NCBI GenBank assembly: GCA_963827235.1
Contig: CAWHAE010000016.1
Location: 960,001-1,024,000, forward strand
Origin: an uncultured bacterium
GTDB taxonomy: Bacteria; Chloroflexota; UBA5177; JANWHV01
Direction of reading: 5' to 3'
DNA length: 64,000 nt
Position 1 is the first letter of the stretch. Every line of letters begins with the position of its first letter. The notes beneath the pieces were generated by a model. That model was not told the DNA's origin, did not search any database, and saw only the letters and a program-made list of their open reading frames with translations. This document shows, in pieces, positions 47,913-59,301 of the stretch. The position numbers were made by a program, and so were the translations under genes.

Positions 47913-49025
47913 ATGAGCTGGATGGCGGATCGCAAGCACGGATGCCGGCTGCAGATGTACAGGCGGCTCGGCCTCCGACATCTGGTGCTGGAGAATCGCG
48001 CCGTGCGCGTCACGGTGCTGCCGGACAAGGGTTCGGACATCGTCGAGCTGCGTCTGAAGCAGCTCGATCTGGACGTACTCTGGACCTCGCCGAACGGCAT
48101 CCGGGATCCGCGCACCACGATTCCCTCATCCGATGCTGACGGTGCGATGCTGGATTTCTATGAGGGTGGTTGGCAGGAGCTCGTGCCCAGCGGCGGCCCT
48201 TCGTCCACCCACATGGGCGCGAGCTGGGGCCAGCACGGTGAAAGCAGCACACTTCCGTGGGACGTGCGCGTGGTGGCGGACACCTCAGATCACGTGGCCG
48301 TGGAGCTTCGGGTGCGCCTGCTTCGCTACCCGGTCAGCTTGCATAAGGTGCTGCATCTGCGCGGCGAGCGCGCGATCCTCGATATTGAGGAGACGCTCTG
48401 CAACGAGGCAGACGAGCCGGTCGACGTCATGTGGGGGCACCATCCCACTGTTGGCGCGCCATTCCTGTCGCCGGCTTGTCGCTTCTATCTCCCGGGCGGC
48501 GACGTGCGTGTGCCGGAGAAAATCAGCTTTGAGCGGCAACGCGCGGCGCCGGGGGCAATAGGGCGCTGGCCCACCGTCCAGTCCGTGGACGGCGCCATGC
48601 TCGACCTCTCGACCATGCCCTCGCCGGAAGCACAAACTGCCGAGATGCTTTATGTCACGGCAGTGTCCGATGGTTGGTACGCGATAGCCAACGACCAGCT
48701 TGGCGCCGGATTCGGCCTCTGCTGGGATGCCGCCGTCTTTCCGCACCTCTGGTACTGGCAGGTAGTCCGCGGCTCGTACGGCTATCCATGGTATGGGCGC
48801 ACCTACAGCATGGCACTCGAGCCCTGGACAAGCCGGCCCGGTGAAGGACTGGCGACGGCTGTGGCGCAGGGGACTGCCCTGCGACTGGCGGCAGGTGAGA
48901 ACCGCTCCACGGCACTGCACGCGGTGCTCTGGGAAGGGCGTGGCCCCGTCGTGCATGTGAACGCCGCGGGCGTCGAACATGCTGTCGCAGATCCAGGGAA
49001 CGCGGTCAAGGACCGTGTGTGGTAA
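47913..49025 (+). CDS. Aldose 1-epimerase/galactose mutarotase-like protein
   Basis: YEGGWQE, QHGE, WGHHP, LEPWTS. Confidence 0.82.
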   Translation: MSWMADRKHGCRLQMYRRLGLRHLVLENRAVRVTVLPDKGSDIVELRLKQLDLDVLWTSPNGIRDPRTTIPSSDADGAMLDFYEGGWQELVPSGGPSSTHMGASWGQHGESSTLPWDVRVVADTSDHVAVELRVRLLRYPVSLHKVLHLRGERAILDIEETLCNEADEPVDVMWGHHPTVGAPFLSPACRFYLPGGDVRVPEKISFERQRAAPGAIGRWPTVQSVDGAMLDLSTMPSPEAQTAEMLYVTAVSDGWYAIANDQLGAGFGLCWDAAVFPHLWYWQVVRGSYGYPWYGRTYSMALEPWTSRPGEGLATAVAQGTALRLAAGENRSTALHAVLWEGRGPVVHVNAAGVEHAVADPGNAVKDRVW

Positions 49026-49076
49026 CAGGATGATGGGTAAAAGACCCAGCCCCTCGTTGGAACGAAGAGGTGTGCA

Positions 49077-50027
49077 TTGAGTTTTGAGGGCGCGGCATTG
49101 GCGATCGACTTGGGAGGCACGCGTATCAAAGCCGGCGTGGTGGCGGGACACGAGGTCGTGGCCCAACGCATCGTGCCGACCGAAGATGAGCAGGGATTCG
49201 AGCACGTGCTTCAGCAGATTGTCCTGGTCGGCGAGCAACTGCTGAATGAGCATCCGGCCGTCGTGGTCGGGCTCAGTCTGCCAGCCGTGGTGGATGCCGA
49301 GCGGGGCATCGTGCTGGACGTGCGCAAGAACCTCTCTGGACTGATCGGCTTTCCGCTGGCGGACGTGTTGCGTGAACGCTTCCAGCTTCCTGTGGCGGTG
49401 GAAAACGACGCGCGCCTGTACGGTCTCGGCGAGATGGTTGCCGGGACCGGGCGCGGCATCGCCAACCTGGTCGCACTCACACTGGGCACCGGAGTAGGGT
49501 GCTGTGTCGCCCTGAACGGCCACATCCTGCGCGGCACTCACGGCACTGGCGGTATACTGGGTGGCCACATGACTATCGAGACCTACGGTCCACGCTGCAA
49601 CTGCGGTAACATCGGGTGCGTTGAGATGCTGTGCAGCGCACCGGCGCTGGTCGCGTCGATGACGGCGCGTTTGGCACGAGTACCCGAGCACCCGCTGCAC
49701 GCTGCGGGGGTGCCGACAGCGGAGGCAGTGATCGCCGCCGCCGCCCACGGAGATGATGCGGCTCGAGCGACCATGGAGGTCTTCGAGCGGCATCTTGCGA
49801 CGGCCATAGTGTCATACGTGCACGTGTATGATCCCGACGTCGTTATCCTCGGAGGCGGCCTGATGCATGCCGCGGACGCCATTCTGCCTCCGGTACAGCG
49901 CTATGTGCAGGAGCACACCTGGACCAGCCCGCCTCGGGCCGTCCCGGTGCTGGCAGCAACGCTTGGGGACAGCGCCGCGCTTGTAGGCGCGGCGGCGATG
50001 GCGCGCGGCCAAGCGCGATTCCTGTAG
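49077..50027 (+). CDS. ROK family sugar kinase
   Basis: IDLGGT, ENDA, LGTGVG, GH..CNCGNIGCVE. Confidence 0.93.
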   Translation: MSFEGAALAIDLGGTRIKAGVVAGHEVVAQRIVPTEDEQGFEHVLQQIVLVGEQLLNEHPAVVVGLSLPAVVDAERGIVLDVRKNLSGLIGFPLADVLRERFQLPVAVENDARLYGLGEMVAGTGRGIANLVALTLGTGVGCCVALNGHILRGTHGTGGILGGHMTIETYGPRCNCGNIGCVEMLCSAPALVASMTARLARVPEHPLHAAGVPTAEAVIAAAAHGDDAARATMEVFERHLATAIVSYVHVYDPDVVILGGGLMHAADAILPPVQRYVQEHTWTSPPRAVPVLAATLGDSAALVGAAAMARGQARFL

Positions 50028-50173
50028 GTTGCCTATCGTGCCGACCATTGTCCCGAAACTGAGCAGGAGCCGGCACCGCACGTGCAGCACCGTATCGATC
50101 ATGGGCAGGCGCCCACTTCCGCTGCGACATACAATTCGGGCGGAGTTCGATGAAGCAGGGAGGGAGCACTCAG

Positions 50174-51238
50174 GTGTCTACCGCGGTGAGGGAACATATG
50201 CGACTGGCTCTCGGGCAGATTGCCTCTCCCGACGCAGAGATGCTTGACTTCGCGCGCCAGCTTGGTCTTGAGGGAGTCCAGTTCAACACCCCTTCTCTTC
50301 CCGGCACCGAACGCTGGGAATACGAAGATCTGTTGGCGCTTCGCGAGCGGTGCAACTCATACGGCCTTCGACTGGAGGCGATCGAGAATCTGCCAAATGG
50401 TTTCTACGAGCGCTGCATGCTGGGGCAGCCAGGGTATGAGGATGAGCTGCGGCATGTCCAGGCAACGATCCGCAACATCGGACGGGCCGGCATCCCGGTC
50501 CTGGGCTTTCATTTCATGCCGGGGCTAGTATGGCGCACCTCGTTGACCGCGCCTGGGCGCGGCGGCGCGCATGTCACGGCATTCGATCTTGACAGGGCCC
50601 TGGATCCGACCAACGCCGAGGAGATCTTCGTCGCTCGTCGCGAGCAACGCTCGCTCAAGAACGAGTCATTTACGCAGGAAGCTCGATCCGCGGCGGGCCT
50701 GAGGATCACGGACGAAGCGCTTTGGCATAACTTTGAGATCTTCATGAAGAGCATCCTGCCAACCGCGGAAGAGGCCGGAGTGCGCCTGGCGCTGCATCCG
50801 GACGACCCCCCTGTGCCCAGCCTGGCAGGCATAGCCCGCATCTTCCGTTCGGTCGATGCGCTCAGGCGCGCACTAGAGGTGGCGGACAGCCCGGCCTTCG
50901 GCCTGGAGCTCTGCCTCGGCACTATCTCGGAAATGGGCGGTGAGCCGGCGGTGGTGGAGGCGATTGAGTCGTTCGGGCCCAGCGGAAAAATCGTGTACGT
51001 TCACTTCCGTGACGTACAGGGGTCAGTGCCACGCTTCCAGGAAGCGTTCCTAGGGGAAGGAAACTACAACCCTCTGAGCGTCATGCGTCTGCTGAAGCGC
51101 GTCGGCTTCAGCGGTTTCATTCTGGACGACCACGTGCCGCGCATGACCGGCGATTCGGAGTACGCCCATCGGGGACGGGCACATGCCGTGGGTTATCTCC
51201 AGGCACTGCTACTCGCCGTGGAGAGCGAAGCGAGCTAG
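50174..51238 (+). CDS. uxuA: Mannonate dehydratase (UxuA family)
   Basis: LEAIEN, FMP..WRT, LALHPDDPP, CLG, VHFRD, DHVP. Confidence 0.85.
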   Translation: MSTAVREHMRLALGQIASPDAEMLDFARQLGLEGVQFNTPSLPGTERWEYEDLLALRERCNSYGLRLEAIENLPNGFYERCMLGQPGYEDELRHVQATIRNIGRAGIPVLGFHFMPGLVWRTSLTAPGRGGAHVTAFDLDRALDPTNAEEIFVARREQRSLKNESFTQEARSAAGLRITDEALWHNFEIFMKSILPTAEEAGVRLALHPDDPPVPSLAGIARIFRSVDALRRALEVADSPAFGLELCLGTISEMGGEPAVVEAIESFGPSGKIVYVHFRDVQGSVPRFQEAFLGEGNYNPLSVMRLLKRVGFSGFILDDHVPRMTGDSEYAHRGRAHAVGYLQALLLAVESEAS

Positions 51239-51402
51239 GACTGCCCCTACGCGGGTTTAGCCTGACTAGGCCGGCGTACATGGGCACAGTCGCACCGCGC
51301 CTGTTTCTTTCTGTGTTTTGCCGCCGATGATCCGTGCAGATCAAGGTGATGTCCAGGATCCCGGGGCCCATGCGCGGGTTGCAGGCACGACGACCTTCAC
51401 AC

Positions 51403-52497
51403 TCAGGATCCGTACCTCGCACCTTCCTCTAGCATGGCCAGATAGTTCTGGATCGGCACGTAGTTGGCCACAGTGTTTCCCGTGCCCAGCGCGTAGCCCC
51501 CGCCGGGAGCGCAGGCTTCGATTACCCGCCGCGTGTAGGCGCGCACTTCCTCCACACTGTGCCGGCAGAGGTAGTCCATATCGATGCCGCCCAGGATGGC
51601 GATACGGTCACCCCAGAGCCGCTTGGCCTCTGTAACCGGCGTGATCACGTCCTCGAACGAGTGCTTGGCGTCGATGCCGACCACGTCGATCAGCTCGTCC
51701 ATGATGGCGGTCAGGTTCCCGCACGAGTGAAGCAGATATGGCAGATCGTGGGCGTGGGCAATCTCGCCAACGCGCTTCTGGTAGGGGAACACATACGTGC
51801 GGAGGTGCTTGGGCGAGATCATCGTCGATGTCTTGAATCCCAAGTCGTCGCTGAACCAGAGCGCGCCAACGTTGGGCATGTCCGCCACGGTGGCAAAAAG
51901 GCTCTCCAGCAAGCTGCCAATCCTTTCCGCGATAGCCCGGACGAGGTCCGGCGCATCGAAGAGTGCAATGGCTAGCGTACTCACGCCCATCAGCCAACTC
52001 AAGTTCTCGAACTGACCGCCCGGTCCCAGGACAATGAGTTTCATGCCCTCCGGCAGGTGCTTGCCTGCCCATTCGATGCCGAAGTAATCGACGTCCTCTG
52101 GCTTGGGCCACGGGTACCGCTCGAAGTCCTCCCAGGATGTGATGGGTCCGGCGTGCTCGTCCGCCCACTGGCGCCGGTCCCGCCTCAACGGTGCAGTGTC
52201 CTCGAGTGCAATACGGTGGAGCGGCAATGGGATGTCCGGCACGATGGTCAGGTAGTCGTAGCCGGCTTCGTACCAGAAGCGTGTCGCAAACTCGAGGTAG
52301 CGTGCCCGGATTTCGTGCGTGAACTCGCAACTGCCCATGGCCGGGTAGGGTGCCATCCTTTCCCCGAGAAAGGCTTCCTTGATCTCATGGTCACTCGAAT
52401 GCTCGATCAACGGCAGGCGATCCGGCTCACCCTGGCGGAAGAATACCTGGCGCAAACGGGTGAAGTCCGGCCGCGGCGCTGGTAGGCGGTCACGCAT
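51403..52497 (-). CDS. URO-D-fold protein 5
   Basis: GEPDRLP, WEDFERYPWP, SDDLGFK, LHSCGN, KHSFED, LGGID, GYALGTGN. Confidence 0.9.
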   Translation of the reverse strand: MRDRLPAPRPDFTRLRQVFFRQGEPDRLPLIEHSSDHEIKEAFLGERMAPYPAMGSCEFTHEIRARYLEFATRFWYEAGYDYLTIVPDIPLPLHRIALEDTAPLRRDRRQWADEHAGPITSWEDFERYPWPKPEDVDYFGIEWAGKHLPEGMKLIVLGPGGQFENLSWLMGVSTLAIALFDAPDLVRAIAERIGSLLESLFATVADMPNVGALWFSDDLGFKTSTMISPKHLRTYVFPYQKRVGEIAHAHDLPYLLHSCGNLTAIMDELIDVVGIDAKHSFEDVITPVTEAKRLWGDRIAILGGIDMDYLCRHSVEEVRAYTRRVIEACAPGGGYALGTGNTVANYVPIQNYLAMLEEGARYGS

Positions 52498-52696
52498 GCT
52501 TGTGCACTTTCTCTCGGATGCTCCGCGATGCTACTCAAACTTTCAGCGCAACGATGCGGTCAACTACGAACTGCCAGAACGTGGCCGATAGGCCGGCAAC
52601 GCACGCGCTGAAACCGGTGACGCGCACGATACGGACGGTACATGCAACCCTCCTCAGGACCTCGGTACGGTCGACAGATGCCAGATGCTATGACCA

Positions 52697-53597
52697 CTAA
52701 GGTAAGTGATTAGCGAGAAAAGCGACATGCTCCTGAAGTCGCTGCCTTGTCACGAATCGAAAGCCGAATGCGTGCTCGATATGGCTGACGTCGCACAAGC
52801 CCTTCGCCGGCTGTAGCCCCTGATCCTCGAGCACTACGCTGCTCTTCGAGCCGACGCAGTCGATGATCATGCGAGCAATCTCTTCCCACGCGACGAATTC
52901 GGTGCTCACCGCGGTGAATAGCTCTCGATCGTGGCTGGACGTGAGCATGGCACCATAGAGTCTTGCGAGATCGCCGGGCCCCTATGAATTGAGTTCCGTC
53001 ATCCTTGACTAATCGAATCGGCTCGTCGCGCTTGGCACTGCTGACAATGTTCGCGAATTTCATGTCGGAATAGATAGGAGCCCCGTCGACGACCGGATTG
53101 CCGAACGTCTAGGCTGGTCTGATCACGTTGCAACGGACGCCATAGACGTGAGACACGGCGAGCAGGTACGACTCAGCAGCCGCCTTCGTCGCACCATAGA
53201 AGTTGATGGGGCGCGGGCAGGTCGCCTCAGTAAACACGTCCCGGTGCTCGCCAAAAGCGGCAATCGAGGACGTATAGATCATGTGCTGGACGCCAAGTTG
53301 TGCCGCGGTTTCAAAAATGTACGCCGAGGGAAGCGTATCGGCATCGAGCATCTCCACGGCCGTGTCACCCCAGCCCGGCGCGATGTGAATACAGGCCTCG
53401 CAGCCCTCGAGCCCGCGCCTGATCGCTTGGCGATCCGTGAGCGTGCCTTGCACGAACGCAATGCCTGAGCGGCCGACGAAGCCCAGGATCTTCGCCGGGT
53501 TCCTGGCGAGAATAGTGACAGTGTGACCGTTCGTCACCAGATGATCAACCACGTACGAACCAATGAAGCCTGTTCCGCCTGTTACAAAGACTTTCAC
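52697..53597 (-). pseudogene. NAD-dependent epimerase/dehydratase pseudogene
   Basis: MKVFVTGGTGFIG and YGATK; in-frame TAG at 53111-53109 (RPA*TFGNP); frameshift near 52980 (GTQFI / DLARLY); C-terminus in a second frame. Confidence 0.8.
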
Positions 53598-53837
53598 TGT
53601 GAGCCTCCCTCAACGCAATGGCGCCGAAGATCCGCCGTCTCCCAACCACAATGGAGCGTGCCATGGCCGCCCACCGCCCGTTCAAACCATTTGCGGCAAT
53701 CCTTTTCCACAAGTTTAGCCCGTGGCGCCCGTCTGTCAAGCACTGTCCGCCAGTATATGGCGGGCGCTGCGCATCGGGGACAGAGGGATCTGCCGGAAGC
53801 ACCCGTGATGGGGCCAGACCAGGCCGTCCGCAATAAC

Positions 53838-53898
53838 TTGACTTGCACCGGCAAGCGTGGTATCTAGTTGAATCAATGGATTGACAGCAAACGATTTC
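53838..53898 (+). promoter_or_regulatory. LacI gene promoter and LacI-type operator
   Basis: TTGACT - 17 nt - TATCTA; GCAAACGATTTC (53887-53898) fits the AAnCGnTT LacI-box core. Confidence 0.45.
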
Positions 53899-53912
53899 TC
53901 AGGAGAACGTTG

Positions 53913-55001
53913 GTGCCGACCAGCGCGAAGAGGCTCGGTGCGAGCATCCATGACGTGGCACGTGCGGCGCGCGTGTCTGCTTCAACCGTGTCACTCGTTC
54001 TCAACAATCGCCGGGCCGGCGGCATCGCCTTCAGCTCGGCCACCGTAGAGCGCGTGAGGACGGCCGCAGCTGAGCTAAACTATCGGCCGAACGCCGCCGC
54101 CAGGAGCCTGCGGACGGCCAGAACCCAGACAGTCGGCGTGATCATGCGCGACCTTCTGCACCCATTCAGCGCCGAGTTTTCCCGTGCCGTCTACGCGGTT
54201 TGCCGCGCCCGCGGCTACCACGTGCTGGTGGGGAATGCCGAGCAGCGTGGTGACGAAGGCTCGGCACTGGGCGACATTCTGAGTCCGGATCGTGTCGACG
54301 GCATTCTTCTTCTGGGCGACGTCCTGCCACCGGCGATAGGCCATGACGAGATGGCGGCATTCGTGCAGGAGCATGGCCACGTCGTGACTGTCGGGTGCCG
54401 CCCGAGCGGTGCCGGCGAGATCAGCATCGGCGTCGACAACTTGATAGGCGTGGAACTAGCTCTCGACTACCTCTTCGCGCTCGGACATCGGTTTATCGCC
54501 TACGTCGGCCCAACTGATCCTCCACTGTCGTGGGAGGAAGAGCAGCGTTGGCAGGCATGTTGCCACGTCATGTACTCGCACGGCCTTCCTGTGTGCTCGT
54601 ACGATGGCGCTTTCTCAAGCGGCACCGATCTGGACGCCGCGCGCGAGACCCTGAAACGCATGCTGGATTCACCTGTGCGGCCGACGGCGGCCTTTGTCTT
54701 CAATGATCAGACCGCACTCGTGCTGCTGAAGGCTGCCCTGACGATGGGTCTGCGCCTGCCTGATGAGCTCTCCGTCGTCGGCTTCGATGGGCTTCCCAGC
54801 GGGGAGTTGAGCACGCCATCACTGGCGACCGTGTGCCAGCCAATCGAGGCCATGGGGCGCTACGCAGCGAACGTGCTCCTGGACAGCATTTCGGGCATCG
54901 AGCCGCGACGACCAGTTCCCGATGGGGCGTCGGGAACCAATCCGGTAGTATTTCTGCCCACGCTGGTGCGAAATGAATCGGCGTGCCCACGCGCAGTATA
55001 G
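53913..55001 (+). CDS. LacI family transcriptional regulator
   Basis: ASIHDVARAARVSASTVSLVLN, LNYRPNAAARSL, LSVVGFDG. Confidence 0.95.
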   Translation: MPTSAKRLGASIHDVARAARVSASTVSLVLNNRRAGGIAFSSATVERVRTAAAELNYRPNAAARSLRTARTQTVGVIMRDLLHPFSAEFSRAVYAVCRARGYHVLVGNAEQRGDEGSALGDILSPDRVDGILLLGDVLPPAIGHDEMAAFVQEHGHVVTVGCRPSGAGEISIGVDNLIGVELALDYLFALGHRFIAYVGPTDPPLSWEEEQRWQACCHVMYSHGLPVCSYDGAFSSGTDLDAARETLKRMLDSPVRPTAAFVFNDQTALVLLKAALTMGLRLPDELSVVGFDGLPSGELSTPSLATVCQPIEAMGRYAANVLLDSISGIEPRRPVPDGASGTNPVVFLPTLVRNESACPRAV

Positions 55002-55202
55002 GCGCGCAACAAAGGTGCGCTACGGAGCACGTGCTGCCGGTATACGCTGCGGCTGCCAAGTTCAAGCACAACGGCCGTGAGAAGGGCAGTGCAGACCCAT
55101 GAATGCAGATGAGCAGGGAGCCGGATTCGGCTTGCTGCCACGCACCACCGTTGCGGCGAGCGCTTCCCCAGCCGGGCTCCTCGCGGAAGTCGACCATGGA
55201 CG

Positions 55203-56197
55203 GTGAGCGTCACGGAACCGTCAACAACACGACAGCAGGCGCACCAGAATCCGGAGCGAAGCGGTGGCACGGCGGCTCCCGCAGCCACCATGCCGCCGGA
55301 GATCGCCCGCTCGCAGGTCTGCGCCAGAGTAGCCCTGTTCGGCGTGCTCGCGCTCGCCGCGGTGAAGCTCCTCGTTACGGTCGCGGTCAGTGGCCGATAC
55401 GGTTTCCACCGCGATGAGCTGTATTACCTGGCCTGCGGACGCCATCTGGCCCTCGGGTACCTCGATTTTCCCCCACTTACCCCGGTACTGGCCCACCTGG
55501 ACGGGCTGGTCTTTGGCACCTCGCTGGTGGGCTTGCGCCTGTAGCCGGCGCTCATCGGGAGCATAGCCGTCGTGCTCGCCGCACGGATTGCCCGCGCGCT
55601 CGGCGGGAGTGCGGGCGCCCAGGTCCTGGCTGCAGCAGCAGTGCTGCTCACCCCGCTGATCCTGGGGACCACATGGCTCTTCCAGACGTGTGCTTCGACC
55701 TGATCTGCTGGATCGTCTGGCTGTATCTGATCGTGCTGCTGCTGACGACGGGCAATCAGCGACTCTGGCTGGCGCTGGGCCTGGCATTCGGCATCGGCCT
55801 CGAGACGAAATGTGCGATCGCAGCCCTGGCTGCAGGGTTGATGTGCGGCCTCGTGCTCACCCTGGAACGCCGGCAGCTGCGCACGCCATGGCCATGGCTG
55901 GGCGCGGCGGTCGCCCTGGGGATTCTGGCGCCAAACCTGTTCTGGCAAGTGCAGCACGGCTGGGTCAGCTTGTCGTAATACTACTGGAAGCCGGCGCATG
56001 TCGACGACCAGACGGTCATCGCCGTCGGTGTGCCCGATCTCCTGCTGGTACGGCTGTTCGCGGATGTGCGACGCGTGGCGGTGATCGGCAATCGCTACGG
56101 TGTCCGTAACGAGGAAGCCGGTCGCCTCATCTGGGTGTGCCGCCACCCGTCGGTGAGCCTCGACAGTGCGTGGCTGTCGCTGCAGCGCTACGACTGA
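55203..56197 (+). pseudogene. GT39/GT83-like membrane glycosyltransferase pseudogene
   Basis: YGFHRDELYYLACGRHLALGYLDFPPLTP; TAG at 55542, frameshift near 55690, TAA at 55976; C-terminal NEE..IWVCR..W retained; central part apparently deleted. Confidence 0.8.
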
Positions 56198-56268
56198 AGT
56201 GGACCTTAAGCGGAACGGCGTGGTCACCAATGGTGGTGATCCTGGATCGCGCCGCACTCAGAGCGACC

Positions 56269-59070
56269 TTACTCCGTAGCGTCCGTGGCGGAAGCAGCGA
56301 AACTGCCACGGGCTGACAGGGCGAGGGCGACCACCCCCTCCCGCGACAATGCCTCTCCCTGCTGCCAGGCGGCGGAAAAACCGTCCTCGCCAAGCGCCGC
56401 GACGGTCGCGGCGAGCGTGCGATCGTGGTCATGTCGGTCCGCAGGCGGAAGTGGTGCTCCGACGGTCCGGCGCAGTAACGACGCAGCCGCTAACAGCTGC
56501 GTTGCCCCATTCGGCTGCCCATGCGCGCACAGCACCCCGGCTACACCTTCCAGGCACTCGGCCAAGCAGCGCAGATCGCCTATCGCCAGAGACGCACGCA
56601 GGCCATCCTGGTACAGGACCAGGGCGCGACCTGCCTCACCCAGGGTCCGTGCAAGGTGCGCCAGTCCGTGCTGCGCGACAGCGATGCCGCGTCGATCGCC
56701 CAGAGCGCGACGCAGCGCCAGACACTCCTGATAGTGGTCCTCGGCGCGCCCGTAGTCACCCTGCGCGTACGCGACGGCGCCAAGATTGCCAAGCGAGAAG
56801 GCCATGCTCCATCGGTCCTCCATGTCACGCCGCAGCGCCAGACTCTGCTCCGACAAAGCCGCCGCCCTTTGCAGGTCTCCCACGTCTCGGGCCACGCTGC
56901 CCAGGTTATTGAGGGAGAGGGCGATACCCCATTTGTCGCCGAGATCTCGGCGCAGTGCCAGGCTCTCCTCGTGCCTGGCAACTGCGTGCGCGTAGTTTCC
57001 CTGGTAACGGGCTACCTCGCCCAGATTGTTGAGCACAGAGGCAAGGCCGCGCTTGTCGCCCAACGCTCGCTTCTTCGCCAGGCTCTGCTCATATAGGCTC
57101 GCTGCACTGGAGTAGTCGCTTTGGTCCAGCGCGACGTTCCCCAAATTGGACAGGGCAACAGACTCGCCGGCCTCGTTGCCCAGGCTACGCTGCAGGCCGA
57201 GCGCTTCCTCGTAGAGCGCTCTGGATCGCGCGTAGTGACACTGGTATCTCGCCACGCTGGCCAGCACGTTGAGCGACGCGGCGATGCCGGCTGTGTCGCC
57301 CAGGGAGCGGCGCACGCGTAGACTCTCGTCGACCCTGAGCGCGGCGAGTGCATAGTTGCCCAGCTCGGTCGCCAACACGGCGGCGCCATGCAGCGCCGCG
57401 GCACGCACGGCGGGCAGCACGGCGCTGCCGTCCTGCTCAGCCTGTGCAAGCAGTTCCTCCAGCCAGCGCTGCCCTTCGCTCAGGTATCCGCGCACCTGCC
57501 AGAATCGCCATAATGCCCCCGCCAGCCGCAGGCCCAATTCCTCCCGGCGCTCTGCGGGATCCCCGCCGCTCTGGAGGGCCCACTGCAGTGCCGCGCGCAG
57601 GTTGCCGATCTCTGCCTCCAGCAGGTCCAGCCAGGTCACCTGTACGCTGCCGGTCAACTGTGCTGCTGCCGATTCCGCCAACGCCAGATAGTGCGCGGCG
57701 CGGCGCTGCTGCAGCACCGCTTGCTCGCCGGTCGTCGCCAGGCATTCCAGCCCGTACGCACGAATGGTCCCGATCATGGTGAAGCGTGCGGCGCCGCCGG
57801 AACCCTCTTCCGACTGCAGCAAGCTCTTGTCGACCAGCGAGGAGAGCGTCGCCAGCGCCGCAACAGCCTCGTCGCCGGACGGAGCACAGACGGCCATGAC
57901 AGCATCGAGCTCGCAGCCGGCGACGAACACGGCCAGACGCCGAAATAAGGCCTGCTCGCCACGGTCAAGGAGCCGATAGCTCCAGGCTACGGCATCGCGC
58001 ATCGTCTGCAGGCGCTGTGGGTGGTCGCGCGGCCCGTTTGCCAGCACGTGGAGCGTGGGGTTCTGCCAGGCTCCGGTGCGGCCGCGGGTGCCGGTCAGCT
58101 GTTCCAGTAATGCCTGTGGCGGCAGCAGTTTGATGCGCGCAGCTGCCAACTCGATGGCCAGAGGCAGGCCATCCAGGCACGTGCATATCTCGGCCAGGGC
58201 GCGCGCGTTGCCGGGAGTGATCTCGAAGTCGGCTCTGACGGCTCGTGCCCGATGGAGGAACAAGGCCACAGCTGCATAACGGCCTAACGCTTCGGCAGCA
58301 GGTAGGTGGCGGAGGTCCGGCAGGGCCAACGGTGGCACCGCATACTCCTGCTCCCCATGCAGGTGTAATGCCGCGCGGCTTGTCACGAGCAGGTTCAGTC
58401 GCGGGCACGTGGTCAGCAACTCGGCCAACAGCGGAGCGGCCGACAGCACGTGCTCGAAGTTGTCGAGCACAAGCAGCAGCTGCCTGTGCCGCAGATACTC
58501 CTGGACGGTGGCCAGCGGGGGTTGCTTATCGGTTTCACGCAGCTCGAGCGTCCTGGCGACCGTCGTGACCACCAGCCGAGCTTCGGTCACCGCGGCCAGC
58601 GAGACGAACGCCACCCCATCGCCATACAGCGCCCACGCAGTGGCCGCTGCCTGGAGCGCGAGACGCGTCTTGCCGACGCCACCGGGACCGGTCAGCGTGA
58701 GCAAGCGTACGTCGTCTCGCAGCAACAGTCGTGCCACCGCGGTTTCATCCTGCTCTCGCCCGATCAGCGGCGTCAGCGGTTGCGGTAGCGTGCCAGGAAA
58801 TGCGGCAATGCGAGTTGGAGTGAGTGCAGGCCCGTCGACCTGGCGTGCCGCGGCCTCAAACGCGGCACGAGCTTCGGCAGCTAAGTCCAGCGCCTGCGCG
58901 AGCAAGTGCACGGTGGTGGGTCGCGGCAGGTGCGGCAGTCCACGCTCCATGTCGCTGATCGCCCGTGCACTCAGGCGTGCTCGTTCAGCCAGCGCTTCCT
59001 GCGTGAGGCCGGCAGCGCTTCGGTATCGGCGCAGCAGGTGGCCGAAGCTCCAGGACTGCGGCGTGGCCAT
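56269..59070 (-). CDS. XRE-HTH + STAND (NB-ARC-like) NTPase + TPR regulator
   Basis: [24 protein letters not shown]; Walker A GPGGVGKT; LLVLDNFE; [13 protein letters not shown]; tandem ~40-aa TPRs (A.SLNNLG..A...GDY..A). Confidence 0.93.
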   Translation of the reverse strand: MATPQSWSFGHLLRRYRSAAGLTQEALAERARLSARAISDMERGLPHLPRPTTVHLLAQALDLAAEARAAFEAAARQVDGPALTPTRIAAFPGTLPQPLTPLIGREQDETAVARLLLRDDVRLLTLTGPGGVGKTRLALQAAATAWALYGDGVAFVSLAAVTEARLVVTTVARTLELRETDKQPPLATVQEYLRHRQLLLVLDNFEHVLSAAPLLAELLTTCPRLNLLVTSRAALHLHGEQEYAVPPLALPDLRHLPAAEALGRYAAVALFLHRARAVRADFEITPGNARALAEICTCLDGLPLAIELAAARIKLLPPQALLEQLTGTRGRTGAWQNPTLHVLANGPRDHPQRLQTMRDAVAWSYRLLDRGEQALFRRLAVFVAGCELDAVMAVCAPSGDEAVAALATLSSLVDKSLLQSEEGSGGAARFTMIGTIRAYGLECLATTGEQAVLQQRRAAHYLALAESAAAQLTGSVQVTWLDLLEAEIGNLRAALQWALQSGGDPAERREELGLRLAGALWRFWQVRGYLSEGQRWLEELLAQAEQDGSAVLPAVRAAALHGAAVLATELGNYALAALRVDESLRVRRSLGDTAGIAASLNVLASVARYQCHYARSRALYEEALGLQRSLGNEAGESVALSNLGNVALDQSDYSSAASLYEQSLAKKRALGDKRGLASVLNNLGEVARYQGNYAHAVARHEESLALRRDLGDKWGIALSLNNLGSVARDVGDLQRAAALSEQSLALRRDMEDRWSMAFSLGNLGAVAYAQGDYGRAEDHYQECLALRRALGDRRGIAVAQHGLAHLARTLGEAGRALVLYQDGLRASLAIGDLRCLAECLEGVAGVLCAHGQPNGATQLLAAASLLRRTVGAPLPPADRHDHDRTLAATVAALGEDGFSAAWQQGEALSREGVVALALSARGSFAASATDATE

Positions 59071-59301
59071 GGTGCGTCTCTCTCCGTCCCGGCATGCGCT
59101 GAGCGCGGCCGGCGGTGCGCTGGAACGCGGGAACCGTCGATCAGATCATAGCAAAGCCCGGCCGACGGTTATCGGAGCGGAGAAGGGCACGAGACGGATC
59201 AGAATGTGACCTATTATGTGGCAAATCTCGTGGTCACTGCCGGCTCCCCGACCCAAGAATCAAATGAGGTGTAGGTCGATCTGCGGAGAGGAGCGTGATC
59301 C

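Noticed and set aside
56560-57420. About 120-bp periodic repeats resembling an array
   Set aside because: They are the coding TPR repeats of the STAND regulator, not CRISPR or a non-coding repeat.
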